Shown: one piece after another, positions 51,334 through 61,457 of the stretch
Layout of the letters: the number at the start of each line of letters is the position of its first letter
How positions within the stretch are numbered: position 1 is the first letter of the stretch
From: an uncultured archaeon
Lineage (GTDB): Archaea > Asgardarchaeota > Lokiarchaeia > Sigyniarchaeales > SOKP01
Direction: 5' to 3'
DNA length: 64,000 nucleotides
Assembly (NCBI GenBank): GCA_964388035.1
Contig: CAYLZE010000004.1
Location: 50,486-114,485 of the forward strand
The notes under the pieces: generated by a model
The model's input: the letters and a program-made list of their open reading frames with translations, nothing else
Databases searched by the model: none
What the model was told of the DNA's origin: nothing
Position numbers and translations under genes: made by a program

Positions 51334-52095
51334 TTATTGACAATATTTAACCAACTCTTTAGCATCAAGGATGTTAACTCTTATTTTTTTTTCCCCAAAC
51401 TCTAATTCCTTAAAATAAACGGGATTACCTCTAAGATCAATAATTTCTAAATTCTCAAGGGCTCCCAGTCCTTTTATTTCGGAGATCTCATTAAAAGCTA
51501 ATTCTAATCGCATTAATTTTCTAAGATTATCCAAATTTTTAATCTCTATGATTTTATTCCGTTTGATTGCTAAAAGTACTAAATTATCGAGGGTATCAAA
51601 TCCTTCCAGTTTTTTAATAAAATTTTTTTCGATATTTAAGAACCTCAAATCTCTTAAATATTCAAGACCACTTACTTCCTTTATACGATTGCTTCCGAGA
51701 TATAATTCCTTTAGGTTCTTTAAATTGTCTAAGCCTTCAATTTTTTGCACGTGATTATCAAATAAATTTAATTCAATCAAATTAGTAAGTTCATCAGTTC
51801 TACTAATTTTTGATATTTGATTTTTATATAAGTACAATTTTTTTAAGTTTTTCAGAGATTGAAAGCCTTTCATTTCTTTAATTTGATTTAAACTTAGATT
51901 CAATACCTCTAAATGAGTTAATGTTTCAAGACCTTCGATTTCAATAAGAGAATTATTTGTAAGATTCAATTCCTTCAAATTAGTTATACCTTCTAAATCA
52001 AAAATTTCACTTATTCTATGAATATTTAAATTACTAAGATCTAACTTCCCATCGATTACGTTATACTTTTTTTTTTTATATATTATTTGCTCCAT
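51334..52095 (-). CDS. Leucine-rich repeat protein (SDS22-like)
   Basis: About nine 22-aa repeats LxxLxLxxNxIxxIxGL and a GNP cap. Confidence 0.92.
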   Translation of the reverse strand: MEQIIYKKKKYNVIDGKLDLSNLNIHRISEIFDLEGITNLKELNLTNNSLIEIEGLETLTHLEVLNLSLNQIKEMKGFQSLKNLKKLYLYKNQISKISRTDELTNLIELNLFDNHVQKIEGLDNLKNLKELYLGSNRIKEVSGLEYLRDLRFLNIEKNFIKKLEGFDTLDNLVLLAIKRNKIIEIKNLDNLRKLMRLELAFNEISEIKGLGALENLEIIDLRGNPVYFKELEFGEKKIRVNILDAKELVKYCQ

Positions 52096-52188
52096 TTTAA
52101 GTTTAAATCATTGTAATATTATCTAAGGATAAAAAATAATTAATTAAAAATTCCCTAACTTCTAAAAAGAAAAAAAGAATTAATTAAT

Positions 52189-53907
52189 TTATGAAATAAA
52201 TTGAGAAAGGAAAGCAAATCCACTGGTGGGCGTTGAAAGCGTCAAAAGAAAGAGCGTGAAGAATAGAGCTGAAATAATTGTTCCGACAATTATGTTTCCT
52301 GTTTTCTTATAGGATATTATAGAAGTAAAGGAGATCAAGAGAAAAAGTGGAATGGCGATGGGAATATAGCTCCCAAAATAATAATAATTGTTGATTAAGA
52401 CACTAAGCCCCAACAGATAAATGAATATGTAAGAAAATTGCAAAATGAATGCTAAAGAAGCGGTTTTCAGTGATCCCGTGAGATTCTTTTCGAATTTAGT
52501 AGGTATTATAAGGTAATAAAGGATACCGGGCACTAAAATAATGATGAAGAGGAGGATAAAGTATAAGGGAATATATAGAAATTTGGTATAAGACGGAAGG
52601 ATCCCTAAATAGTTCAATCCGATTGACAGATATGCGATTATATAGAGAAGAACTCCTAATACAAATCCTAGGACGATTTCTCTCAATATAACTCGTTTTT
52701 CCTCTTTTAAGGGTGTTTTAAGAATTTGGGAAAATGATAAATTGATTTTTTTCCGATAGTGCCAAAGAAGGATGAAAATTCCAAGCCATTGACCAAAGAG
52801 GAGCATTATGATAAAGCCTGCAGTAGCGAGAGGAAGAAGCAAAAAGATCGGCATGAATAGAATGATACCTGGTAATCCTAACAGAACTGAAATGAGTATC
52901 GTTTTTATCATTAGAGATAACAAGGATTCGTCGTTTAACTCAAGTTGTTTTAAATCTTCTTCTTTCGGCTTTAGTATTAGCTTTGATAACGGACCAATTG
53001 AGGAAAAGAATATCCCCATTCCCCCAATTAATTGTATTGCAAGTATCACCAACCTCACATTAGCATAAAAATTCTCATCCACGGTCCGTATTTGAGGAAA
53101 AGTATTGATTATCCAATCTCTTGCTACCCTGATGAAATTGGTGTCCCATCCCACTTTAAGATGATTGCTATCATCATCCAAATATATCATGGAAGCTGTT
53201 CCTTCATCAAAACAGCCATATAATTTGTTCACATCCACTTGATCAGATGGAATGCCTAACCGTATCGCCATGCCTTCTTTAACGCTGGAAAGTGAAAACG
53301 CTTCGTCATATCTGGCTTGAATCATTAAGAGATTCAACTTTCGCCCTGAGTTGGCGGTAATAGTATCCTCTAAAATCGTAGGAAGACCTGTTCCCACACC
53401 AATAAAGCATTTAAAAGCCGTATTCTCCTTCACGAGCTGGAACCCCACTCCACCCATCGAATATCCAATATAACCGAGATTGTTCATATCCACGTCATCC
53501 CTCGTCTCTAAATAGCTTATTATTGCCCGTATATCATCCAATAAACTTCCCTCCTCTTGATTCCCGGTACTCTGTCCTAATCCTCTAAAATCAAATGGAA
53601 TGGCAATAAATCCACTTGCAGCAATCTCTAAAGCATATCCTTTAAGATCTTCTTTATTCAAGGTTGCTCCATGTGCAATTATAATTGCTGGTTTTTTAGC
53701 ATCCCCATTTTTCGCTTGATATAAAGCTTCCTTCGGTTCAAAGACATTAAAGTAAATATTCACACCATCTATGGTTTGAACGACTTGGCTGTAGGAACTT
53801 TTTATACTCGTGGGAATCGAAAAAATCAAAATGGTGCCCACCGAAAAAATGATCCCAAATATAAGGATAAGGCTAAGTTCTTTTTTTCCTATTTTGTTAT
53901 TTATCAT
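52189..53907 (-). CDS. Alpha/beta hydrolase fused to a multi-TM domain
   Basis: IIAHG, DFRGLGQS, GYSMGG, YDE, NH; N-terminal TM and about 8 C-terminal TM segments. Confidence 0.82.
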   Translation of the reverse strand: MINNKIGKKELSLILIFGIIFSVGTILIFSIPTSIKSSYSQVVQTIDGVNIYFNVFEPKEALYQAKNGDAKKPAIIIAHGATLNKEDLKGYALEIAASGFIAIPFDFRGLGQSTGNQEEGSLLDDIRAIISYLETRDDVDMNNLGYIGYSMGGVGFQLVKENTAFKCFIGVGTGLPTILEDTITANSGRKLNLLMIQARYDEAFSLSSVKEGMAIRLGIPSDQVDVNKLYGCFDEGTASMIYLDDDSNHLKVGWDTNFIRVARDWIINTFPQIRTVDENFYANVRLVILAIQLIGGMGIFFSSIGPLSKLILKPKEEDLKQLELNDESLLSLMIKTILISVLLGLPGIILFMPIFLLLPLATAGFIIMLLFGQWLGIFILLWHYRKKINLSFSQILKTPLKEEKRVILREIVLGFVLGVLLYIIAYLSIGLNYLGILPSYTKFLYIPLYFILLFIIILVPGILYYLIIPTKFEKNLTGSLKTASLAFILQFSYIFIYLLGLSVLINNYYYFGSYIPIAIPLFLLISFTSIISYKKTGNIIVGTIISALFFTLFLLTLSTPTSGFAFLSQFIS

Positions 53908-54126
53908 GCTATAGGTTTTTTTTTAAATTTTTTTCAATAAATTGCTATAATCTTTATTTAAATTTCTTAAGCTATTAATCTTGCACTTTTTAGGGATTAT
54001 TGTTGCCATACTATTTGGATTCAATCGTAATTGAAACACGTTTAAATAATATTAAAATAAGTATTTTGAAAAAGGTGAAAAAAAAATCTTTACTTCGATT
54101 TATTAATAATAGATTTTTAATAGGGA

Positions 54127-56046
54127 TTATCGATTTTTTTTCTTTAATTCTTCAATCGATTTTTCTGCTAAAAGAAGAGCATCGGTATATTTTTCCTTAT
54201 ATTTCTTCAATTCTGCTTGTAATTCAATAACTTTATTGCTCAAATTTCTAACCTGAAGAGTCATATCCATTGATGAAGATGGTCCTGAGCCCTCGGCAGA
54301 TTGTTTTAAATGATTATATTTTTCTTGCCATATCTTTACTTGCATTTCTAATTCTTTAACCTTATTGCTATCAGGAACGGTTTTAGAAATGGCTCCACCT
54401 CTATCTTCCAGCTCATTGCATTTATCTTTCAATAAATCGATCTCTTCTTGTAATTCCTTGATCCTTACTTTTAAAGTAGCAATTTCTTCTAAATATTCTT
54501 CTATCGTGCGGGGTTTCTGCATTTCCTCGAAAATGGTTCTTCCCGCTTGTAATTCTTCTGATGATTTATTAGCTAAAATTCTTTCCTTTCTTTTCTGAAG
54601 TTCGCCCACTCTTTCTTCTGAAAGAAAATCCAAGGGATTAAAACCACTTCCCCCGTGCTTGGTTTTCCGCTTCCTCACTTGCACGTAAAGAGGTATGCCT
54701 GCTACGGCTTCTCCACTAATGATGGCTTGTCCTTTATCTAATCCAGAAATATCCTCTTTATTTTCTTTACTTAAATCTTCAGCACTCGAAATTGCAATAT
54801 CTATATCCCTAATATCAGATAAATTGTGCACGATCCACGTGCCTGCTTGTGCCCTAATCGTGGTATCTAATAATTGAGGCCTTTGAGTTCCAATTATCAT
54901 GTTTGCTCCAAATTTTCTTCCTTCTTGTGCGAAAAGTCTTACAATATCGGCAGTATCTGAGGTTTTTTTTCCGGCAAATAAATGAGCCTCGTCTAATAGT
55001 AGATAAAAGGGAGGAATCTTTCGTTCCGTGCTAGCATTATACAATTTCTTGAGTAATTTTCCAGCTACTTGTTCTTGAACTTCAAGATCTAAACCTCTAA
55101 AGTTAACAATCGTACATAAACGAGGAGCGACTAAATCAGTAACGTCTAAGGAAAATAAATATTCGAGATCAATATCTCCACCGGGATTCTTCTTCAAATC
55201 AGCAAATTCGATGATATTATCTACGAATTGGCTTTCCATTGCTTCCTTCTTTTTTTTAAGAGATATTTCTTTCTTTTTCTCTTTCATGCTCTCTTTTGAT
55301 ATTTCAGGCTCTTCTTGCTCTTCACCGGTAGGATCCTCTTGTTGATCTATCTCAAATTTATTTTCAGTTTTGTGCTCAATTACCAATTCCTTTCCGCAAA
55401 ATTCACAAATTTTAGCATCTTTCGGAATGGTCGAACCACACCACGGACATATACCTTGATCAGAAAGTTCTTCTTCCGCTTCACTCTCTTGGATTTCAAC
55501 GTCCTCGCTCGCTACCTTTAAACTCCCATATTCTCCGTGTCTGTCTAAAATCACGATAGGTATGCCCTTACTAAGAAATTCTTCACATAACACTCCCATG
55601 GTATACGATTTACCAGAGCCCGATTTTCCAGTAATGAAAATTCTACCAATATTTTTAACTAAAAGATTAACATTAAAAGGATAACCGACTAATTTTCCAA
55701 TAGATATGGATTGATCTGGAGGATTATCAATTCCCAATACCTGTCTTATTTGCTGCTCTTTGGCTAAATAAACATCAGAACCCACATCAAATGGGCGACT
55801 GGGTCTCGGACCCAACACCATTACATTCGCTTTAATACCATCTGGGTCACTCCAAATATCCGTGATGGTTAAAATATAATGTTCACGATTGCCATCTTCA
55901 TCTGTATGGCCATATATTACAAAATAGTTATTCTTCCCAACACTTGGGTCATTAATTAATAATTTAGCAGAATGAACGGTTGTTTTTCCCGTGAGTCTTC
56001 CTATTGGGGTTTCTTGTTCTTGTTCCGATGATTTTTCTTCACTCAT
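54127..56046 (-). CDS. HerA/FtsK-family (DUF87) ATPase with zinc-ribbon insertion and C-terminal coiled coil
   Basis: Walker A GKSGSGKS, DRHGEY, Walker B LLLDEAH, EGRKFG, TQRP; CPWC...CEFC insert. Confidence 0.88.
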   Translation of the reverse strand: MSEEKSSEQEQETPIGRLTGKTTVHSAKLLINDPSVGKNNYFVIYGHTDEDGNREHYILTITDIWSDPDGIKANVMVLGPRPSRPFDVGSDVYLAKEQQIRQVLGIDNPPDQSISIGKLVGYPFNVNLLVKNIGRIFITGKSGSGKSYTMGVLCEEFLSKGIPIVILDRHGEYGSLKVASEDVEIQESEAEEELSDQGICPWCGSTIPKDAKICEFCGKELVIEHKTENKFEIDQQEDPTGEEQEEPEISKESMKEKKKEISLKKKKEAMESQFVDNIIEFADLKKNPGGDIDLEYLFSLDVTDLVAPRLCTIVNFRGLDLEVQEQVAGKLLKKLYNASTERKIPPFYLLLDEAHLFAGKKTSDTADIVRLFAQEGRKFGANMIIGTQRPQLLDTTIRAQAGTWIVHNLSDIRDIDIAISSAEDLSKENKEDISGLDKGQAIISGEAVAGIPLYVQVRKRKTKHGGSGFNPLDFLSEERVGELQKRKERILANKSSEELQAGRTIFEEMQKPRTIEEYLEEIATLKVRIKELQEEIDLLKDKCNELEDRGGAISKTVPDSNKVKELEMQVKIWQEKYNHLKQSAEGSGPSSSMDMTLQVRNLSNKVIELQAELKKYKEKYTDALLLAEKSIEELKKKNR

Positions 56047-56155
56047 TTTTTATCATCATTATTTACTTTTGAATTGAATTTCATGATATTCAATTTTTCT
56101 TACCTTATGAAGAAAATTAATAAAATACCTATATAAATGTATAAGATGACAATTT

Positions 56156-57091
56156 TTAACTTTCACTCTTTTTAAAAATTATGTTTTTTTTAACCATGTG
56201 ATGGGGTTTATAGGAAAGTTTGGCTTTTCTCATCCCCTGGATGCCTAAATCTTGCTCTCGGTTTATAAATTTGATTTCCTCCGTGCAACAATTCTTCAAA
56301 AAGAGATTATTTATCGCTTGATACGAACCCTCATATTGCACGTATGCTTTCTCAAAATGGATCACAGCAGTATCTTCATTCAATTTTTCGCCAATTGTGT
56401 ACGCAATGCATTCTCCCTTGACGCAAATTATACCCCCTTTTAGGTCTAAGATGAAATAATTATTTAATGCTTCTTTTATTGCGTCCTGCTCCTCCAGCAA
56501 GTCTTCATTTTTCTGACATTGATTCATATCGCACCATTTTAATTGTAATTTTAAGCAAGGTTGAATCCATTCTTCGGTAAGTAAACTAAATTCATATTGA
56601 TACTTCTCCATGAATTTCTGTAACCACCTCCGTTTATCACGTAATTTATTGCCCGGGAGCTCAATCAACTCTTGTTTGTCATATACGTAATCCCAATTAT
56701 CTCTATCTTCAATTATTTCTAAGTTCAAGGTATTAAATTCTTCTGTTAGCTTAAGATTATTACAGACATCTTCGGGAACCCGGCGAAATTCAACATTTTC
56801 CAGCTCTTTAAACAATTCAATCATGATCAAATGGGGATTTTCACCAATTGGAGGTAAAAAGAATAGAGTTTCCTCCGTTCTAGTCCATGGTTTCTTCCAT
56901 TTTGTTAGATATGTCTTAGAGAATACAATTAAATGATCACGCCATTCCATGAATAAAAAATCATAATGTTTTCTCCATATGAACAGATTCGTAAAGGTTA
57001 ATTCAGATAAATGTGGAGGATAATTATGAAAATAAGTGTCAAATAAATTTTTATCGCCTAATTGAATCGGTCTTGCTTCCTTTATATCCAT
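56156..57091 (-). CDS. DUF2156 / aminoacyl-tRNA-dependent transferase (LPG synthase C-terminal-like) protein
   Basis: FTNLFIW, DYVY, HFEKA, GSYQAIN, INREQDLGIQGMRKAKLSYKP. Confidence 0.82.
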   Translation of the reverse strand: MDIKEARPIQLGDKNLFDTYFHNYPPHLSELTFTNLFIWRKHYDFLFMEWRDHLIVFSKTYLTKWKKPWTRTEETLFFLPPIGENPHLIMIELFKELENVEFRRVPEDVCNNLKLTEEFNTLNLEIIEDRDNWDYVYDKQELIELPGNKLRDKRRWLQKFMEKYQYEFSLLTEEWIQPCLKLQLKWCDMNQCQKNEDLLEEQDAIKEALNNYFILDLKGGIICVKGECIAYTIGEKLNEDTAVIHFEKAYVQYEGSYQAINNLFLKNCCTEEIKFINREQDLGIQGMRKAKLSYKPHHMVKKNIIFKKSES

Positions 57092-57226
57092 GAATTTTAT
57101 AAGATTAAAATATTTTTAAGAATTACCATTTTAGATTAAAGAAATTTAAATTAATGGTGCGATCCCTTCCAAATTGATCAGTATTAAAACAATAATAGAA
57201 AAAGAAAAAAAATAAATTAGAATGCC

Positions 57227-58243
57227 TTAAAGCTTCTTTGCAATCAAGTCACCGAGTCTGTTGGAGTATCCCCATTCATTATCATACCAAGAGAGCACGG
57301 AGCAGAGTTCATCAATGCAATTAGTAAAGAGACTGCTGAAAATAGAACTATGAGGATTACCAATGATATCAGAACTTACAATAGGATCTTCAGCATATTC
57401 TAATATGCCATTTAATGAGCCTTGAGAAGCTTCTTTCATTTTTGCATTAACTTCATCGGCAGAAACAGCCTTTTCCAATATGAATTTGCCATCTACTACA
57501 CTGCCATCTAATGTTGGGGCTCGAATTGCCATACCATCTAATTTTCCTTTTAAATCGGGAAAGACCAGACCAATTGCTTTTGCAGCTCCTGTAGTTGTGG
57601 GTACCATATTAAAGGCTGCAGCTCGCCCTCGTGTCATTTTTTCAGGTCCTCCTTTTTCTGCAGTATCAACAGTTTTTTGATTTCCCGTCATGGCATGGAT
57701 GGTTGTCATGATTCCCTTTTTAATTCCGAAATTATCCTTTAATACTTTCACAACGGGAGCAAGGCAATTGGTAGTACAAGACGCATTGGAAATTATTTTG
57801 TGATCTGCTGTTATTTTATCGTCATTGCATCCTAATACCACAGTAATATCAGGATCCGTGGCAGGAGCACTAATTAAAACTCTTTTTGCTCCGGCATTCA
57901 AATGTTTTTGAGCTCCATCTCTCATGGTGAAAAATCCCGTAGATTCCAATGCTACATCAATTCCATAGTTAGAATGCGGTAAATTCGCAGGATCTCGTTC
58001 AGCAGTCACGGGTATTTCTTTCCCATCAATAACTATTGCTTTTTCTCTGGCTTCAACTTTCCCAGGAAATCTTCCAAACACGGTATCATATTTTAAAACA
58101 TAAGCAAGATATTTTGGTTCGAAAAGATCATTAATAAAGACGATATCTATATCATTTTTATAATTCTGCCAAGCAACTCGAAAGAAATTACGACCAATAC
58201 GACCAAATCCGTTAATTGCTACTTTTTTTGCCAATTTTATCAC
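57227..58243 (-). CDS. gap: Glyceraldehyde-3-phosphate dehydrogenase, class I (bacterial/eukaryotic type)
   Basis: INGFGRIGR, ESTG, SNASCTTNCLAP, TTGAAKA, WYDNEWGYSNR. Confidence 0.95.
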   Translation of the reverse strand: MIKLAKKVAINGFGRIGRNFFRVAWQNYKNDIDIVFINDLFEPKYLAYVLKYDTVFGRFPGKVEAREKAIVIDGKEIPVTAERDPANLPHSNYGIDVALESTGFFTMRDGAQKHLNAGAKRVLISAPATDPDITVVLGCNDDKITADHKIISNASCTTNCLAPVVKVLKDNFGIKKGIMTTIHAMTGNQKTVDTAEKGGPEKMTRGRAAAFNMVPTTTGAAKAIGLVFPDLKGKLDGMAIRAPTLDGSVVDGKFILEKAVSADEVNAKMKEASQGSLNGILEYAEDPIVSSDIIGNPHSSIFSSLFTNCIDELCSVLSWYDNEWGYSNRLGDLIAKKL

Positions 58244-58633
58244 TTTATTTTATTATATTTTTTGTATTATTTTATAAATTATTGGTTCTAATTATGAAGA
58301 TATCAAGTGTATTAATTCACTAGATTTTATTAATTTTTTAGTTTTCCTCTACTTATTGAAAATAGACAAAACTTAGTTTAGAATTGTCCAAAGAGAGGGA
58401 ATGCAAAATAGAGAAAATTCCCGGAGAGAAGCTTAAAATTGGAGCATTTCTAAAAAATTGAAGGAATACAAATAAGGTATTTAGAACATATAATTCCATT
58501 GCTTCTTATAATTCCACCGAACGATGTCTATTTTATTCATTTGGCGATATCTGATTGATTAATTAAGTACCATGAGTAAATTTTTATACTTGGTTAGATT
58601 TCTTTGGTTAGTTAATCTCATTCAATTACTATC

Positions 58634-59239
58634 ATGAAAAAAGTTGAAAATACAAATTCGATCATCGTGGTATCTGGTCTCCCCCGATCTGGAACTTCAA
58701 TGATGATGCAAGTCCTCGAAGCTGGTGGGTTAGAAATCTTATCTGACCATAAAAGACAGCCTGATAATAGTAATCCGAAGGGATATTATGAATTAGAAGC
58801 TGTAAAAAGTTTAAACAAAGATAACTCCATAATGAAAGAAGCTCAAGGTAAAGTCGTGAAAGTTATTTCTCATTTACTTCAATATCTTCCCATGGAGCAT
58901 GATTATAAGATCATTTTCATGAAACGCAATATGGAGGAAGTTATGCGTTCGCAGCAAAAAATGCTCGGAGAAGGAGAAGAAGATTACCCTCCTGAAATGA
59001 TTGAGATATTTAAAAAAGAATTAAGCAATGTAGATTTATGGATGGAGGAGAATCCTAATATTCACCTGTTAAAAATTAATTATTCCGATATGATTCACAA
59101 TCCTGAAGAAAATATTGCTAAAGTTCTCGCATTTCTTGAACTTCCTTTAAAGAAAAAGAAGATGCTTAAAGCGATTGATCCTGACCTCTACCGAAATAGG
59201 ATTAGTAAAAAACGGAACAAAAAAAATAAGATTGAATAA
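58634..59239 (+). CDS. Sulfotransferase-family protein
   Basis: PAPS-binding loop SGLPRSGTSMMM, NPKGYYE, FMKR. Confidence 0.8.
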   Translation: MKKVENTNSIIVVSGLPRSGTSMMMQVLEAGGLEILSDHKRQPDNSNPKGYYELEAVKSLNKDNSIMKEAQGKVVKVISHLLQYLPMEHDYKIIFMKRNMEEVMRSQQKMLGEGEEDYPPEMIEIFKKELSNVDLWMEENPNIHLLKINYSDMIHNPEENIAKVLAFLELPLKKKKMLKAIDPDLYRNRISKKRNKKNKIE

Positions 59240-59255
59240 AAAAGAGGATTTATGA

Positions 59256-60029
59256 TTATTCTTCCACGGATTCTTTTCCCAATAGCCGAATAACGGCATC
59301 TGCTAGCTTATTCTGGCTTCGGCTAACTATTCCCTTAATTTTTCCTTCTTTTCCCAAAACTCTCAACATTATCCCATTCCAAACCGAACCGGGTTCTCCT
59401 TTCACTTGCTTGAAACGATCCCTGTGAATGACGACCTCAATATTTTCATACTTTTTGGCCGCTTCGGAGCACTTGAAGCATAAAATGCATTTATCGGTAT
59501 CCACTTCAATACTTTTATCTTTTCTATTGAGGGCACCCACTGCACATTCATCCGCAAACGCATCGATGACTTTCTCATCAGTTTCATTACACGTGATTTT
59601 AATGCTTCCTTCCACGACCTTTCGGACTTTCTTGCCATTTTCTAGCTCGCGTACCTCCTCTTCAAATTCAGGAAGAGAGCCGTTCTCTACCAATAATAGT
59701 TTTGGCTCTCCGTTAATCAATAGTTCTAAGGTATAGCCGGGGCAAATCCATGAGCATGAGCCACACCAGATGCATTTACTCGTGTCTACAACGATCTTCT
59801 TCTTGGATTCTATTCCCATTTGAGTGGGAGTTCCAATAGCTGTTCTCTTTAGGGGTACTTCTTTTCCATCCACTATCTGCGTGGTGACTGGACATACGTA
59901 ATGACAAAACTGACATTGAATGCACTTGCTTTCGTCATATTGGAGTACCATATCAAGATTGAGCATTTTATATTCATAATCCGTGATATTTTCATCCACT
60001 TCTATGGTTTTTTTTGAAGGTAGACTCAT
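59256..60029 (-). CDS. Polyferredoxin-like 4Fe-4S protein
   Basis: CIQCQFCHYVCP, CIWCGSCSWICP, C...CILCFKC. Confidence 0.85.
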   Translation of the reverse strand: MSLPSKKTIEVDENITDYEYKMLNLDMVLQYDESKCIQCQFCHYVCPVTTQIVDGKEVPLKRTAIGTPTQMGIESKKKIVVDTSKCIWCGSCSWICPGYTLELLINGEPKLLLVENGSLPEFEEEVRELENGKKVRKVVEGSIKITCNETDEKVIDAFADECAVGALNRKDKSIEVDTDKCILCFKCSEAAKKYENIEVVIHRDRFKQVKGEPGSVWNGIMLRVLGKEGKIKGIVSRSQNKLADAVIRLLGKESVEE

Positions 60030-60115
60030 TTTTATCAGCTTTTTTTTATAATTATTTTTATCAATTTACATGCATATTAATTTTTTTGCATTGAAATAAA
60101 ATTAAAAAAATAAAA

Positions 60116-61258
60116 TTACGCCTTCTCTAGTTCCATTTTACGGATAGCTTTTCCGGATCGGAATGGTACATCCTCAACAGAAAGGCCCGATTCATATTTA
60201 AATTTCTCTTTAAATGAATCATTTAGAGATTGAAAGTACAATGAAAGGGGTAAATTCTGAGGACAATTATTGTCGCAATTCCCACATTCTACGCATCTAT
60301 CCGCATCATGCGCGATCCTGGTCAATTGGTAGGTCACGGAATCAATGGTTTTATCTTTCTTTTTTTGCAGCAAGATGCAATCCACGCAATAACATACCGG
60401 ACACCCGCGAATGCAAATCCCGCATGCCGTACATTTGCTTAAACGTTTGAGCTTTTCTTCTTGCGGAAGTTGAGCCCAGGCTTCCAAGTCTTTTGCCCGC
60501 TTTTCTCGGGCTTTTTGGATGATCTCTTTATATTTTTGCTCATGAGCGCTTTTAATATCTTGGGGCAACATTTTCTTTTCGATACCAGATTTTTCTAAAA
60601 GAACATTCCCTTTTTCCGAGTATACTTTTAATATCATTTCTTCCGATTCTATGGGGAGCCCCACATCACTAATCGCTAAATCTGCTATAACTGGTGTCTT
60701 CCGATAACATCGCAAGCAATTTTCAGCGACCGTGAGGCTCTTGAGTTCCTTAATGCTTCCATCTTCCATCTGCACGATGAGTCCCTCGTCTCCGACCTTT
60801 TCTTTTTTGATTTTTGAAGGATCCACGTCCTTTTCTTGTCGGATTTCTCGCCCTGCTTTCGGAAGCAGCCCTCTATCTTCAAAGGAAATGATGAACAAGT
60901 TATCCAAATTAACCTGTCTTAATTTTGCGAGTTCAATTAAAGCTCGTGTATCACAAGGTCGTGCCACGACGCCAATTTTCTCTTGTCTTGCACCTTGGAG
61001 GGACTTATGGATATATTTTGCAGCGGAATCCGTTCTCGCATAACCATATGCTAGCAAGCTAGTTAAGGGAAAATCCTTTGTCTCCTCGGGACTCTTCAAC
61101 TCCTCGGGAGATACTGTAAAACGATCTATTTCTCCCGACTTTTTATCCACTTTCAATTTAGCTCCAAGAACTTTATCTACCAATTTTTCGGATAATAGAG
61201 TAGATAATAATTTGGGAAATTCATCTAATTTGATCAGATATTCTCCTATAACATCCAT
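60116..61258 (-). CDS. FdhB/FrhB-family beta subunit with C-terminal 4Fe-4S clusters
   Basis: GVVARPCDTRALIEL, CLRC, ADLAI, CTACGICIRGCPVCYC, CVECGNCDNNCP. Confidence 0.85.
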   Translation of the reverse strand: MDVIGEYLIKLDEFPKLLSTLLSEKLVDKVLGAKLKVDKKSGEIDRFTVSPEELKSPEETKDFPLTSLLAYGYARTDSAAKYIHKSLQGARQEKIGVVARPCDTRALIELAKLRQVNLDNLFIISFEDRGLLPKAGREIRQEKDVDPSKIKKEKVGDEGLIVQMEDGSIKELKSLTVAENCLRCYRKTPVIADLAISDVGLPIESEEMILKVYSEKGNVLLEKSGIEKKMLPQDIKSAHEQKYKEIIQKAREKRAKDLEAWAQLPQEEKLKRLSKCTACGICIRGCPVCYCVDCILLQKKKDKTIDSVTYQLTRIAHDADRCVECGNCDNNCPQNLPLSLYFQSLNDSFKEKFKYESGLSVEDVPFRSGKAIRKMELEKA

Positions 61259-61346
61259 GCAGTTCCACTTGACATTACTTTTTAAGTTTTTAATAGAGCA
61301 ATAATTATTACTTTTTTATTTTTTAGGTTAAATTTTTCATGTTTCT

Positions 61347-61378
61347 TATAAAATACTATAAAATACTATAAAATACTA
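61347..61378. repeat. 10-bp tandem repeat x3.2 (TATAAAATAC)
   Basis: Read directly between the SECIS hairpin and the fdhB-like start. Confidence 0.85.
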
Positions 61379-61382
61379 CTAT

Positions 61383-61454
61383 TTGTGTTAATGGAGCTAC
61401 CATTTCTTCAGCTGAGTTCTCGATTTTTTAACCCAGCTTCATTAGTTAACACAA
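61383..61454 (-). promoter_or_regulatory. Eukaryote-like SECIS element in the 3' UTR of mvhD/vhuD
   Basis: Minus strand TTGTGTTAA-CTA-ATGA-A-GCTGGGTT-AAAAAATCGAG-AACTCAGC-T-GA-...-TTAACACAA: 9-bp helix I, AUGA/GA core, 9-bp helix II, apical adenosines; starts 3 nt after the stop. Confidence 0.88.
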
Positions 61455-61457
61455 TAA

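Noticed and set aside
61347-61378. CRISPR array, here or at the other short repeats
   Set aside because: Repeats are directly tandem with no unique spacers, and no cas genes are present
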